A stretch of DNA of 64,000 nt, taken from the NCBI RefSeq assembly GCF_001194135.2, contig NC_068981.1, positions 62,912,492 through 62,976,491 on the forward strand, given 5' to 3'. Positions 1 through 12,178 of the stretch are shown piece by piece. Positions within the stretch are counted from its first letter, which is position 1; the number at the start of each line of letters is the position of its first letter. The position numbers and the translations under genes were made by a program. Under the pieces are notes generated by a model. The model was not told where the DNA came from. It worked only from the letters and a program-made list of their open reading frames with translations, and did no database searches. Source of the stretch: Octopus bimaculoides. Taxonomy: Eukaryota.

Positions 1-1790
1 GATTTAACTACAATTGTATGTTTTATGTCACATCTCACAATCTTCCCTCTAATGTGAAAATAAAAAATTGATGTGTGTTTGTTTAAGTGTATTCGTTTGG
101 ATTTATAAACGTGAGAAGAAAAAGGTACTCAATGCATGTAATAAAGTTTATTCTTTGATTCGTTCATGAGATGTCACTCTGTCGTAATTCTAAGTTCCCT
201 GAGTTCATTTTTCGCAGTAAAAAGGAGAGGAGACAATAAACTCAGAATAGCGTCGAAAAGAAGCCTTACCTTCGAATAAATGGAGACAGGTGGATGGATA
301 GATAGGAGAAAGAGTGGATGAGAGGTTGCTGTTTTTATTTTTTCTGTAAGCTTATTATTCTATATGAAAAGTATCTCTAGCCTTTTTTCTAAAACGCAAG
401 AGAGAGAAGATGCGAATCTAACAATTGAAGGATCGCGGTTTCATCTAATTGCGTTCAATCAGCTCTGATGCAACTAGAATCACGCATGCAATCACTGATA
501 GAACATTGATCATTATCTAGATTAAATTATCTGATTGTGGATATTAATGAGAACACATCCAAATGCCCTGTACTGTATTACCATTTGTGTTACATAATTT
601 CCTGCGAACACTTCATAACTAAATCTATCATCGACTGATATTAGACGACACTGATCTGATTAAATGTTGATTCTACTTCTTTAATGGAACTTGCATGCGT
701 CTATACATTTGTGTACAAATGTTTTTCTTTTTTTTATTATTGTGTATATGTATAAGCATTTTCTTCATGACTTTCGTATAATATTTCAAAAATACATTCA
801 AACATTAATTGCTTCAACGGAAAAGTAGGCTCGGGTTACCAACTAAATGATCGGAAACATGTTACTCAAAGTACTAGGATTCGGAGCATTTCAGATATAA
901 TGTATTAAAGAATACTCTACACTCAATACGAGTTTCCTAATTTATCACTTCTGCTTTCATATATATATATATATATATATATAAATGGAACATTCAAACA
1001 CTGAGATTTGAAGTTAGATGTCACTACTGTTCATATCATCTGTGGATAAATTCAAAATTTAATATCACCAGTAGTGGCATGGGTGGAACGCAGTTATAAT
1101 AGCTTTAAAGATATATATATATATATCTTAACTACTCCATTCCTTAACTCGACTCTATTTCTGTCTATCAACTCCTTCACCATTATTCGTTCATTCCATT
1201 GTTCGTTCTTTCGTTCCCCCTCGCTCACATTTCCTTGCCTTCTCTTCTTGCTCACTTTCCCCTCCAGTTTTCACTTCACTGTGTCCCTGTCATTTTTTCT
1301 CGCCCCTCCTTAATTCTTTTGTCCCTCTGCCTCTCTCTCTTCTCTTCCCACGTGACTGGTGTTCGGCCAAGCCTGATCATTCTTTCATGTCCAGCCGTTG
1401 TGCGTGCAACATCGTTATTCCTCCCTGTGCCTGTGAAATCTTGTGTACCTGCTGTAAGGCCTTATTTCCATACACGCCAGCTTAATGTAATTCGTCCTTA
1501 GTCGAAAGACATCTGTTGTTGTCCTGTTATTATTCTTACTGTATGTATGTAACATTGTTCGTTGTTTTCCGTCCTTGTTTTTGTATACATTCGCTGCTTT
1601 CTTCCAAGGAATCTAATGCTCTTAGCTTAGTTTTTCCTTGGGACTGGCCAGATTGGAGCAATATTGAGAATAACCAGCCGAAATTGCAAGGATAATCTGG
1701 ATATCGACTGAAGAAAGAAAACTCCGAATGACCTGTCTGTGTTTTCTTTGTATCGTCTATCTGGATGTTTTGCGTTCTTGTCACATTCTC

Positions 1791-1824
<34 letters not shown>

Positions 1825-2379
1825 CTAGATATGCCTGCCTCTAGAAGAAAGAGGACTAATGCTTAGGTGGAGTATGGATTTTATTGACAGCAGAGTCTTT
1901 TACAGCGGCTGACCAATTTCATCTAGTAATAAGCCTAGTCAGTCACCGTGAGGAACCATACATCGAATTCTCTCCCTCTATATATATATATGTGTGTGTG
2001 TACATACACGTGCATACTATATACACTTTCTTGGTCTCCTCTTCTTCCTTCTCCTTGCTTAATCTCTCCAATATTTTTATATACGATGTGAGCATATCAA
2101 TGTGTAACGGGATGTTGTATGTGCGTATATGTAGGTTCGTGCGTATTACTCGTGCATAAATGTGTACCTTTCACCTGTTGATTCCCACAAAGTCTCTTTA
2201 TTCTTGCTTGATAAATCCCCTTCCGATTTAATTCGCCTTGCATTATTTTTATCTCATCTATTCTTCACTTTCTCACATATTTTCATCTCAAATCCCTTTT
2301 TATTTCTTTAATCTCATCTAGCCACTTTACTTTTCTCTCCTCTCCTATCCTCTCTCTCTCTCACTCACTCACTCACTCA

Positions 2380-2416
<37 letters not shown>

Positions 2417-2633
2417 TCTCATCTTGTCTTCCTTTTGTAACTTGCAGCTCTGTATATCCATGACCCCTTTCAGGTCATCGTCCTACAACACCCACGAAAT
2501 TCAACGCTCAGATTTCCAAAACACATCTCTTAATTTTATGAAGTCTCAGTGTCTACTTATCTACTCAATTTATTTCACAACACACAATCATAAAACTCTT
2601 AATATTTATTATTATTAATATTATTATTATTAT

Positions 2634-3295
2634 TAAGGCAACGAGCTGGCAGAAACGTTAGCACGCCGGGCGAAATATTTAGCGGCATTTCATGTCTTTG
2701 CGTTCTGAGCTCAAATTCCGCCGAGGTCGACTTTGCCTTTCGGGGTCTCTAAATTAAGTACTGGGGTCGATTTGATCGACTGAGCCCCTCCCTAAAAGTT
2801 TCGGGCCTTGTACCTAGAGTAGAAAAGAAAAGAATATTTGTTATTATTAATATTATTATTATTATTATTATTAAGGCAGCGAGCAACGCCGGGCAAAATG
2901 CTTAGCGGTATTTCTCCCATCTTGTGTTCTGAGTTCAAATTCCGCCGAGGTCGATTTTGCCTCTTATCCTTTCGGGGTCGATAAAATAAGTATCAGTCAA
3001 GTATTTGAGTCGATGAAATCGAGTAGCCCGCCTCCCACCAAAATTTCAGCCCTGTGCCTATAGGGGAAAATTATTAAGGGCGACGAGCTGGCAAAAGCGT
3101 TATCACACCGAACAAAATCCTAAGCAGCATTTCGTTCGTCTTTAGGTTCTGAGTTCAAATTACGCTGAGGTCTACTCTGCCTGTTCTCTTCTCAGGATGG
3201 ATGAAATAAATAACAGTTGAGCACTGGGTTTGATGTAATCGACGAGGCTCCTCCCACCAAAATGTCTGACCTTGTGCATATAGCAGACAGGATTA
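2634..3295 (+). mobile_element. Three head-to-tail tRNA-derived SINEs (family A: AAGG.GAGCTGGCAGAA...GTTCAAATTCC...GGGGTCGATAAA)
   Basis: Starts at 2634, 2872 and 3075; A-box-like TGGCAGAA.CG and B-box GTTCAAATTCC. Confidence 0.88.
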
Positions 3296-3380
3296 GTAGT
3301 ATTATTCTCGTTGATGTTCTTGTAGTTCATATTTCCGTTACTTAATACAAACATTTATTTTTGACTTCTGTTCTTTGCAG

Positions 3381-3506
3381 GATCTTTGCAGTCAATTGTG
3401 GTGTGTGAAAGATAACCAACCATGCAACAGCGGATTATTTCCAGCAGCTGCTGGAACACCATGTGGTAGAAGTGTTTTTGACAAAAGTCGTGGCAGTCCT
3501 CAGTTG
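3381..3506 (+). CDS. ADAMTS exon: disintegrin-like domain (DLCSQLWCVKDNQPCNSGLFPAAAGTPCGRSVFDKSRGSPQL)
   Basis: ttctttgcag acceptor, gtaaat donor, phase 0/0; LWC...P.A.GT.CG motif. Confidence 0.92.
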
Positions 3507-3575
3507 GTAAATATATATTGTGTTACGATTTTTTTTTTTTTTTTGAGAGTGGGGGCATTTTATTTTATAGTTGAA

Positions 3576-3880
3576 GGCGCATGACTCAATGGTTAGCGTA
3601 GTCGGCTCACGATCATAAGGTCGTCAGTTCGATTCCCAGCGGCGTATTGTGTCCTTTCGCAAGACACTTTATTTCACGTTACACCAGTCCACTCAGCTGA
3701 CCAAAATGAGTGCTACTTGTATCTCAAAGGGCCAGCTTTGTTACATTCTGTGTCACGCTGAATCTCTTCGAGAACTACATTAAGGGTACGCGTGTCTGTG
3801 GAGGGCTTAGATACTTGCACGTTTATTTCACAAGTAGGACTACCAGTATACGTCGATATTTTTATCTATCACGTTGCGTT
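3576..3880 (+). mobile_element. tRNA-derived SINE family B (relatives at about 44235-44420 + and 56460-56700 -)
   Basis: A-box tgactcaatgg and B-box gttcgattcc, followed by the ttgtgtcct..gcaagacact core. Confidence 0.8.
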
Positions 3881-4476
3881 CAAATTTCTTGCTTTCATTT
3901 TTTACTTGGCATATTTTGCACTGTTTCTCACTTATAGTAGACCCTACATAACACTAAACCAGGTTTGAACAGTACTTATCCTTACCTAGTCATAGCACTG
4001 GCTTCCGTTGGGACGTCCTTGACGACTGTTAGACCCTAATTGATTTTCCTGCACCCTATTCTCTTATTACTATCTATTCTCTCTTCCACCTGATTCACTG
4101 TAAATAATTGTTCTTGCTTAATCTCATATCTTAATTGATTGATGTAATCTATGATCAGTAGCAATCCAGCTATGACGATCCCGTCGTTTTTTTTTTCGTT
4201 GTTTTCGTTGTTTAGACCCAAGTTAACACTTCATCGAGCAAACCTATGATGAAAGACATTCTAACCGCGACCATACCATTATTTTCCAGTGTGTACATAA
4301 CAGGACCATATTATCCAATTTGTCCTTCTTTATGACTGCTGGATATAATTCTTGGAAGATTCTTGTTTGGAGTATTTCTAGCATATGGAGCAACCACAAT
4401 GAACAATAGTCCGTATATACGAGTGTGTAATGATGTCAATTTCTCAGAAATTCAGACAATATGGTATGCATACACT

Positions 4477-4692
4477 TAAGGTGACGAGCTGGCAGAACCG
4501 TTAATACACCGGACAAAAATGCTTAGTGGCATTTCGTCCATTTTCACGTCCTAAGTTCAAATTCCGCCGTGGTCAACTGTGCTCTTATCCTTTCCGGGTC
4601 GATAAAATAAGTACCAGTTGAGTACTTGGGTCGATGCAATCGACTTACGTCCTCCCTGAAATTGCTGGACTTGTGCCGAAATTTGAAATCAA
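4477..4692 (+). mobile_element. SINE family A copy
   Basis: Match to the 2634 copy. Confidence 0.88.
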
Positions 4693-5045
4693 TATAATAC
4701 ACATACATACATATATCATATTACGTTAGTAATTGCTTCCAAGACTTGCGGTATAACTCGAGAAACAACGTAACATGAAAAATCATTTTTAGATATTTAT
4801 TTGCTTATATTTGTTCCAGTAAATGGTTTGTACAATCTTTCACACATATTTTATTTCATTTTCCACCCCAGTATTGAATTTTAGGTGTTGTTTTATAATT
4901 CTTTACGCTTTTAAATTTTCGCTGAGACTGACGTGAAGTCAGAGAAATCGACTGAAGTTGAAGTTTTGAAAAAAATATGACGTAAAGTTGAAAAAAGCGT
5001 AACTCGAATCGACGAACGTTGACGTATGCTTATTTATATAAATAC

Positions 5046-5089
<44 letters not shown>

Positions 5090-5151
5090 TAAACAAATCA
5101 GTAATGTGTGTGTTTTAATTATATTTGTACTCATGAGAAATCTTATCTATA

Positions 5152-5835
5152 CTCGGTCATCCCATAAATAATGCGGTTTTTTTAACTTGTTTTTCAAAAT
5201 TAAAATAAAGTTCGTTTTTAATCCAAAATATACACTCCTTCATTTTCTGCAATGTTCTTCCATCTATCTGGTAGATTTGCAAGGCCCTGCTTTCAAAATT
5301 CACTCCTCCACTACTGTTCTGAGCTCGTCTACAGAATTCATATTTTTCCGTCCAAATGATTTTGAAGACTGCGGAACAAAATGGTAATTCGATGGAGCAA
5401 TGTCATCCTCGGAAATCCTTTGGAATATCATCCTCGTTGATTGTGGCCGAACATTATCCTGATGGAAGAACACCTTTCATCTTGAAACCAAAGATGGTCG
5501 TTTTCCGATGGCACGCAGGTGTCGATAAAAGGTTGAATGACCAAATCCAAGCTTCTTTGCATGTTTCTCAACAGTTACGATAGGATTTTGTTCCATCAGG
5601 GTTTGCAGGACGTCTTCGTCGAGCTCTACAGATCTTCCAAGACGAAGCTCGTCTTCTAAGCTGTAGTTTCCGGCTCGGAATTTCTGGAACCACAGTTGAC
5701 ACTAGCTTACGCTTATTGTCCGATCCCCATACACTGCATTAATATTCCATTGTGTTGTTGCCTTTATTTAACTCATAAAGCAAAATATGCCGAATATTCT
5801 CTTGTGTCACTTCCATTAAAGCTTTGAAAAAATAA
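5152..5835 (-). mobile_element. Mariner transposon remnant, internally deleted
   Basis: Minus translation gives MEVTQENIRHILLYELNKG, WFQKFRAGNYSLED, HQDNVRP, APSNYHF and GLANLPDRWKNIAENEGVYILD*, with frameshifts; TA-flanked end at 5150. Confidence 0.85.
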
Positions 5836-5844
5836 CAGGCCACG

Positions 5845-6530
5845 TCGACGTCTGGGGGGGGATACCCTCTACGTTGACCCTTATGGCACGCCTTCCACGA
5901 TATATCGGAACATCACCGCTTAATCGGTTTTTTAAGATTGCTACCGCGTTCAAATTTGCTACAGTTGCATCCTTAAATCAAACTTCAACTGTTCCAAATT
6001 TACTCCCTCTGGTTAGATTTCCTTCCAGACTGGCCTTAGTGCTTTCTCCACTTGATTCGTCGTCATTTCGTTAATTCTTCCTGCGGCTTCTGAATGTGTT
6101 TTGTATACTACCGTACATTCCATCCTATTAATGATAATATCCATTGGAGCAGTCACTTCCACATTAGTTCCTTCCCTTTTCATCATTTTTGAATAGTCCT
6201 TCCACTCGTTCATTTCCATGACATACTCCGATATTTTTGCGACCTCTGCGAAGCTTCTATCTAGCCTTGCTTTTTTTTTTTTTCATAGTGCTCCATGAAA
6301 TGTCTGACTGCTCAGAATCGGACACCTCATGTGTAGCTGCTATCTGAAAATCTGATGTCTTCCATTTTTCTACTTGGCATACCCTCCTCTATGAGGAAGG
6401 AAAATACAACCAGACTGCCACAAGGCAGCAAAAACCAAAGTGTTCAGCGAACACTACAACAATCTAAACAACAGTACAACAATATTTAAACCACAATACA
6501 ACAGCAATACACACCAAATTCTTCAAAAAT
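5845..6530 (-). mobile_element. Degraded 5' part of a related gag/ORF1 element
   Basis: Minus translation ...GTVEV*FKD...PIYRGRRAIRVNVEGIPP aligns by eye to YETVKVYFKT...PVYCGRRAARVRIGRLP in ORF 10667. Confidence 0.6.
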
Positions 6531-6539
6531 GCAGTAAGA

Positions 6540-7400
6540 ATAAGGTGATTTTTATTGCCCACAAGAGGGGACAATTAACGCATGAATAAAATGAAATTTT
6601 ACAATGAAGGTGAAATGGTCACCCCGGCCCTGCTTCGGGATGATTAAGTGATTTCAATTATTTCAAACAAAGAGTTTTTAACAGTTCTTTAAAATAATCT
6701 CAACTTACCATTTTATGTCACTTTTAATGTCATCATAATTCACCACTGGGGCGCTGGGTTCAATACTCACCTCGGGCTCCAGTAAATTTACATCTGAAGG
6801 AAAAGCTTCTCTCAGAGTTCTATATTTTCCTTCCTCCATCAGAATATATCTTATAATCCTTATCATATCCCTCTGAAAGATTCACCCTAATAATCCCTTT
6901 TATTTTCGTTATTTTCCTCTCCAGTTTTTGAGTCGTATGATATGTCACTGAAAAAAATTTGTTTCTGTGTATGTCTTGTGTGTCTGCGTGTTGTGTCTGT
7001 GTGTCTGTGCTTTTATGTTTCTGTAACTCTGTGTTACTAGGTGTCTGTCTGTCTCTATTTCCATGTGTTAGTATGTCTGTGTGTTTATGTGTCTGTGAAT
7101 CTATATATTTGTGTGACTGCAAGTCTGTATGTTTGCTTGGTGTTACTGTTCTGCTTGTGGCATTTTCCTTCGGTGTTCTCAAGGGCTTACTGCTTCTATT
7201 TGTCGTTGTTGTTTGGTTCATTTCCTACTGTACTTTGTTTCTTCTGTTGTTGCTCCGTTTTAGGTGATGAACTCCTCCTCTCTCTCTTCCTTGTCTTGGT
7301 TTCCATAAACTCTGTGTTCTGTTCCACTTCCTGGGTCCTCCTCTCCACTTCCATTACGCCTTCTTGTGTTTCTATTTCTGTGGTTTTCATCGTTTTTAAA
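6540..7400 (-). mobile_element. Degraded 3' part of a related gag/ORF1 element (E/K-rich region, C-terminal motif, 3' UTR with AATAAA)
   Basis: ERKITKIKGIIRVNLSEG matches EKTIAKIKGLVRLKLEPG found just past the stop of ORF 10667; 3' UTR layout is similar. Confidence 0.55.
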
Positions 7401-7577
7401 CACAGTAAGAATAAGGACTACTTGCTTTTACAGCAAGTTGATGCAGGTAGCTTATCCCGTCCTTCTCAGACTTTCATTTCATGCAATTGAAAAACCTGCA
7501 TTATTTAAAGGAAGACCCAATATATAAAAAATTGTGTTTGCTTGTATTTTATTGTATTTTATTTACATTCTTTTTAG

Positions 7578-7753
7578 TGGTGTCTCGATTACAAATGTGT
7601 CCCAAAGAATCCGAATTTTAAATTTAAAGATCTAGAGAACTTTCAAGGTTCGTATATCAATGGATACTGGGAGAACTGGTCAGCCTGGTCTGGGTGTCCA
7701 ACGGAGTGTGGTGGTGGAATACGTATGAGAACACGTCTTTGTCTGAAACGACA
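7578..7753 (+). CDS. ADAMTS exon: end of disintegrin-like domain and start of TSR1 (WCLDYKCV...GYWENWSAWSGCPTECGGGIRMRTRLC)
   Basis: tttttag acceptor, gtaagt donor, phase 0/2; WxxWxxWxxC...CGGG..RxRxC motif. Confidence 0.95.
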
Positions 7754-7805
7754 GTAAGTCATTATTATTGAAAACATTTAAACTCATTGATATTATTCAT
7801 TATTC

Positions 7806-8015
7806 TAAGGAGGCGAACTGACAGAATCGTTAGCACGCTGGGAAAAATGTTTGGCAGCATTTCGTCCTTCTTTACGTTCTGAGTTCAAATTCCGCCGAGG
7901 CCAACTTTGCCTTTCTTCCTTTTGGGGTCGATAAAATAAATTTCAGCTGAACACTGGGGGTCAGTGTAATAGACCGTACCTCGAACTTGCAGTCCTTGGG
8001 CCAGACTTTGAAACT
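7806..8015 (+). mobile_element. SINE family A copy
   Basis: Match to the 2634 copy. Confidence 0.85.
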
Positions 8016-8254
8016 GGTATTATTTAGTCTTATTTCAAAATAATATTTATCATATAAATTGCGAATTTATAAAGGGGTTTGTACTCGAGTTAACAGTATT
8101 GTCAAGTATATTTTATAAACTAAAACAATTGGGGTCGCCAATATATATATATATATTCATTCATTTATCTGTCCATCAACATATTCCTGTTTTTTTTTTC
8201 TCTCTTTTATTCATTCATTCTTTTTTTTTTTAAATTCTCGTTGATGTTATCTAG

Positions 8255-8318
8255 ACATCAGATAGGTAAACCTCGTTGCAATGGTCCCAGCGTGGAACAA
8301 GGTGTATGCAATCTGAAC
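8255..8318 (+). CDS. ADAMTS exon: TSR1 C-terminal half (HQIGKPRCNGPSVEQGVCNLN)
   Basis: ttatctag acceptor, gtaagt donor, phase 2/0. Confidence 0.9.
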
Positions 8319-10539
8319 GTAAGTCTTCTTTATTTGCCAAATCTAGTTTATTTGTGGAATTAATTCACTATTCTTGCATTAATTGTATTTCTAAAAATCC
8401 TTCCATATAAACGTTCGTACAATGGAACTGATCACTTGATTATTTATTTAAAACATCAGCCTCTATCATTAACGTATCGCTTTTAGCATGTTATTAATGA
8501 GATTCAAACTTTACGGGAACTACACGTTTATGAGAAATGTCTAAATTAAGATGACATCATTTGCAATATGATTTTGTTCGATAGTTTTGGAGCGTTTATT
8601 GCAGAACTTCATTTGTGTCATATATATTTATTGCGTTAAATAATGAGAATACAGCTAAGCCTTTTGGAAACTAAAGAAGCTTGTCTTTCATACAACGCAC
8701 TGTTCGCAATAGAGAAACAATATACAGCATTTTATATCATATATGCAAGAATGTTGATTGGCATAATCGTTAGAGCGTCAGTCGAAATACCATGCTATAT
8801 TTCTTCTGGCTCTTTACGTTTTGAGTTCAAATTCCGTCGTTGTCAACTTTGCTTTCTTCCCTCTAGGATCAATAAAATAAAGTACCAGTCAGATGTGGTG
8901 TTCGATGTCCTTAACGAAATACTTCATCTCAAAATTGCTTGCCTTATACCTAAATTAGAAACAATTTATTTTGTATATGTCCACGACTTCAGAGCGTGGT
9001 GTCAGTTATATTAAGGACTACATCACATCTAAAATATAATATGTATGTTATTACTAGAATTTTAGGTTCCCTTAGCAAATTGTTTTTTTATTATATCCTC
9101 TCCTGATTTTCGTTATTTTTTTGTGGGCGGCGGGAATTAAATTCCAATCGAGCTTCAATTGACTAAATATATTTCTCATTAATATAGGCTTCTAAAACTC
9201 TCGAATTGGAAGAAATGGTAATGCTGATTTAATTTCCTAGAGGCTATGCCTGGCCCTTAAGAGACTCTTGCGGGATTTTAATTAATTTCATATCTATCAA
9301 CTTAAGGCACTGTTCTTATTAGAAGGATAAATATTTTACAAACTCAGCAACAGTGCTTTAATCAATCTCAGCTGAAATATTTATTGAGAGTTCTTGTTTT
9401 TTTGTTGTGTTTTCTTCAAGAGACTCTGCTAATTTATTGCAATCAAAGTTGTGCCCCAGAATGGCCACAGTCTAATGATTGAAGCAAAAGGTAAAAGACA
9501 GCAACTGAGACAAAATTGTCGTTTTTAAATTTATTTTTGCCTTTCCTCCAATCTCTGTGATCCATAGAGCTAACACGTATCTTCGGTGTCTGTAACATTT
9601 AATGAATGAAAGATTAATGTTTTCTAATAGAATAGATGTAGGACGCGAGGCCTGCCTTTCGTACTGGAAGAATTGAACTCAGTACGGCAAAACATCGAAA
9701 TACTTATCAATTTTATGAAGCATCCATTGTTTAGAACGATAAAGTGTTCGATCACTCACTGTTGTCACAGGAGCTTCAAGAATTAGTTACGAAATGTTCC
9801 ACAAATTACACTCCACTGTCTTACAGAAAGGGAAAAATGAAAATGATGATATAATTTTATGTAGGTTATGCTTTAAAAAACGAGGTGGGATATGTTTTAT
9901 CAGAGATTTGTTCAGTTAGTTCCGTTTTGGAGCCAAACAACGACAATTTATAGTAAGTGGTTTCTGACATGCCTTATCCAAGGTAATCACATAGCGCCTG
10001 ATAGAAGGTACGAGCTCCTAATAATGTGGTTCGAAGTTTGATATCTTTATCAGCGTAGCTATCTGCTCTCAGTGTTAAATATTACTTTCCAGTTTCGTAC
10101 AAGTATGACTTGTTGCTTCTAAACTGCAGTCGATCATTAGTCGAATTAATCGATCATTCCAGCGGTATCCATCTCGTCTGTCTTTTCAGGACTACCTATC
10201 GTTATCTATACTACCCCTCTCTTTTTAAAATGGCAGGCTCTGATTTGAGAGAGATTTGGCCACTATTTATTGCGAGTCAAGCTGCTACATAGTCTCTCTC
10301 CATAGCTCTAATATGACTTCGTTTTCTGTACTAATAACGATTATTTTGTCTTCGTAAAGCGTTTTGTGGCCGATAAAAACACATGCATATATATATATAT
10401 GATGGACTCTCCTGTCGGTTTCGACATATGAAGCTCAGACAACGTACTCTTTCTTTGTCAATCATAATGCTTATGTCAAATGTGACATTTAAGTCCTGCC
10501 AACGATTTGCAAAGAAGGCTACAAATGTTGCAAGTTTGA

Positions 10540-12178
10540 ACCCTGATAGTAGTCATGTTTTGAAGGAGCGTGTGAGTAGAAATACGTTGTAGAAAATTGT
10601 TATTATATTGCTACCGTTTTATTTGAATTGTTTTGTTGTTGAAAGCCATTGCTGTAGTGGTTTAATATGACTACCAGCTGCGCAGCTGCAGCTAGCAGCG
10701 GCCGGCCGACCAACGGCATGGGAATGAGAGAGGTGAATGTGGAAATGGAAAATTTGAAGAAACATTTCAAATATTTGAAGGAGGGAGACTGTTTGCGGGT
10801 TGACCCACCCAAAGAAGTGATGGAAGAAGCAGAAAAGAAAATTATTACATATAAAACTTTAAGAATTGGCTCCAAGAAAATAGAAATTGCGGAGACAGAA
10901 GTGATTGAGAAGTGTCTGAAGGAAATCACAGAGGAAGTTGTGCTGTTTATGAGAGGAAAGAAATACGAAACGGTGAAGGTGTATTTCAAGACGGAGCAAG
11001 GAGCTAAGAAATACTCTACCATGCCTCTGAGAACGGATGAGTGGCCCCTTTTACCAGTATATTGCGGTAGAAGGGCGGCGAGAGTGAGGATTGGTAGATT
11101 ACCGCTGGAGATAGATATGGAATGGTTGGTATCAGTGGTAATATATAAATGCAAAGACAAGGTTCATATCATTAAAGTGGAGAGGTCAAGAGAAATCGAA
11201 TGGTGGGGTTTGGGGGTAGAATTTCTAGCCCACATTACCCTACCGGACCGACATAACATTGCTGAGGAATTAGTGCTTTTACGGATTGTGGTGGAGGGAA
11301 GGCAATCCGTATGCTACAAATGCAGAAGTAGAGGACACATGCAAGCGGTGTGTCCTCGCAGAGAAATAATCGTAGAAGAAGACGAAGTAGAAGAAACAGA
11401 GGTCTGTGAGGAGGAAATGGTGCAGACCGAACAGGAAGAGGTAGAAGAAAAGCAGGAAGAGACTGAGGAGCATGGAGAGAAAAAACGTATGCGGACTGAA
11501 TCGCCGCCAAAGTCCCCAAAAAGAAAAAAGGAGAAAGAAAAAAAGATGACGGAAGACGGAAATGATAGCGAGGAACAGAACGTAACTAAGATTGAAACCC
11601 AAGATACAAAGCAGGAAAAACAGTTGACAAGACAGGAGAGGTGGTTAAAGTGGTGGACTGTGATGGTGGAACAGAAGGAAAAGGCGAAGGCGGAAGGAAG
11701 GATAATCGGAAAGGTAGATTTTTAAAATATTAGAACAATACTTTTCGACAGTAAGGGTTTAGAAACAGAAAAAACGATAGCCAAGATAAAAGGATTGGTA
11801 CGACTGAAATTAGAACCCGGATGATGAAACGAAAGCAGTAGTGGTGGAGGAATGGATAGCGAACAAGCTGCGAGAAATGAACAGATTTGATTTCCAACTA
11901 TGTGGATTATATGTGGGCTACAACACTTTGGTGGAGGAGCTGAAACCATACATAATCATGAAAGAATCATAAAAAGAAAAAAAATGAATGAGAACTGTAT
12001 AAGAAAACTGTTAAATGAAACTGCGAGCTTTGGGGGACTCGTAAGCCATTCCATCATCATATTGTAAGTTACTCATTTCATCTCATAATTCGCTTTATGT
12101 ACCCCACGTTTTGTGTTGTCTGTCCTTGTAATGTCTCCCTTCTTTGTAATGAGGCCTTCGTGCCTATAATAAAGATAT
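10540..12178 (+). mobile_element. Non-LTR retroelement carrying ORF1 only; 3' UTR ends in AATAAA; no RT seen
   Basis: ORF1, then about 450 nt ending ...ttgtctgtccttgt...aataaagata. Candidate TSD CAAGTTTGA at 10531-10539 and 12179-12187 (could be chance). Boundaries approximate. Confidence 0.55.
10667..11725 (+). CDS. Gag/ORF1-like nucleic-acid-binding protein of a non-LTR retroelement (CCHC zinc knuckle plus E/K-rich region), 352 aa
   Basis: Longest non-artefactual ORF, intronless. CYKCRSRGHMQAVC = CX2CX4HX4C. Degraded homologues elsewhere in the window. Lies in ADAMTS intron 8319-13083. Confidence 0.75.
   Translation: MTTSCAAAASSGRPTNGMGMREVNVEMENLKKHFKYLKEGDCLRVDPPKEVMEEAEKKIITYKTLRIGSKKIEIAETEVIEKCLKEITEEVVLFMRGKKYETVKVYFKTEQGAKKYSTMPLRTDEWPLLPVYCGRRAARVRIGRLPLEIDMEWLVSVVIYKCKDKVHIIKVERSREIEWWGLGVEFLAHITLPDRHNIAEELVLLRIVVEGRQSVCYKCRSRGHMQAVCPRREIIVEEDEVEETEVCEEEMVQTEQEEVEEKQEETEEHGEKKRMRTESPPKSPKRKKEKEKKMTEDGNDSEEQNVTKIETQDTKQEKQLTRQERWLKWWTVMVEQKEKAKAEGRIIGKVDF

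Noticed and set aside
1-3380. ADAMTS catalytic (HExxHxxGxxH) exons
   Set aside because: No such motif or compatible exon found; they presumably lie upstream of the window.
3576-3650. tRNA gene (similar at about 44235)
   Set aside because: A and B boxes run into a SINE body repeated elsewhere; no complete cloverleaf.
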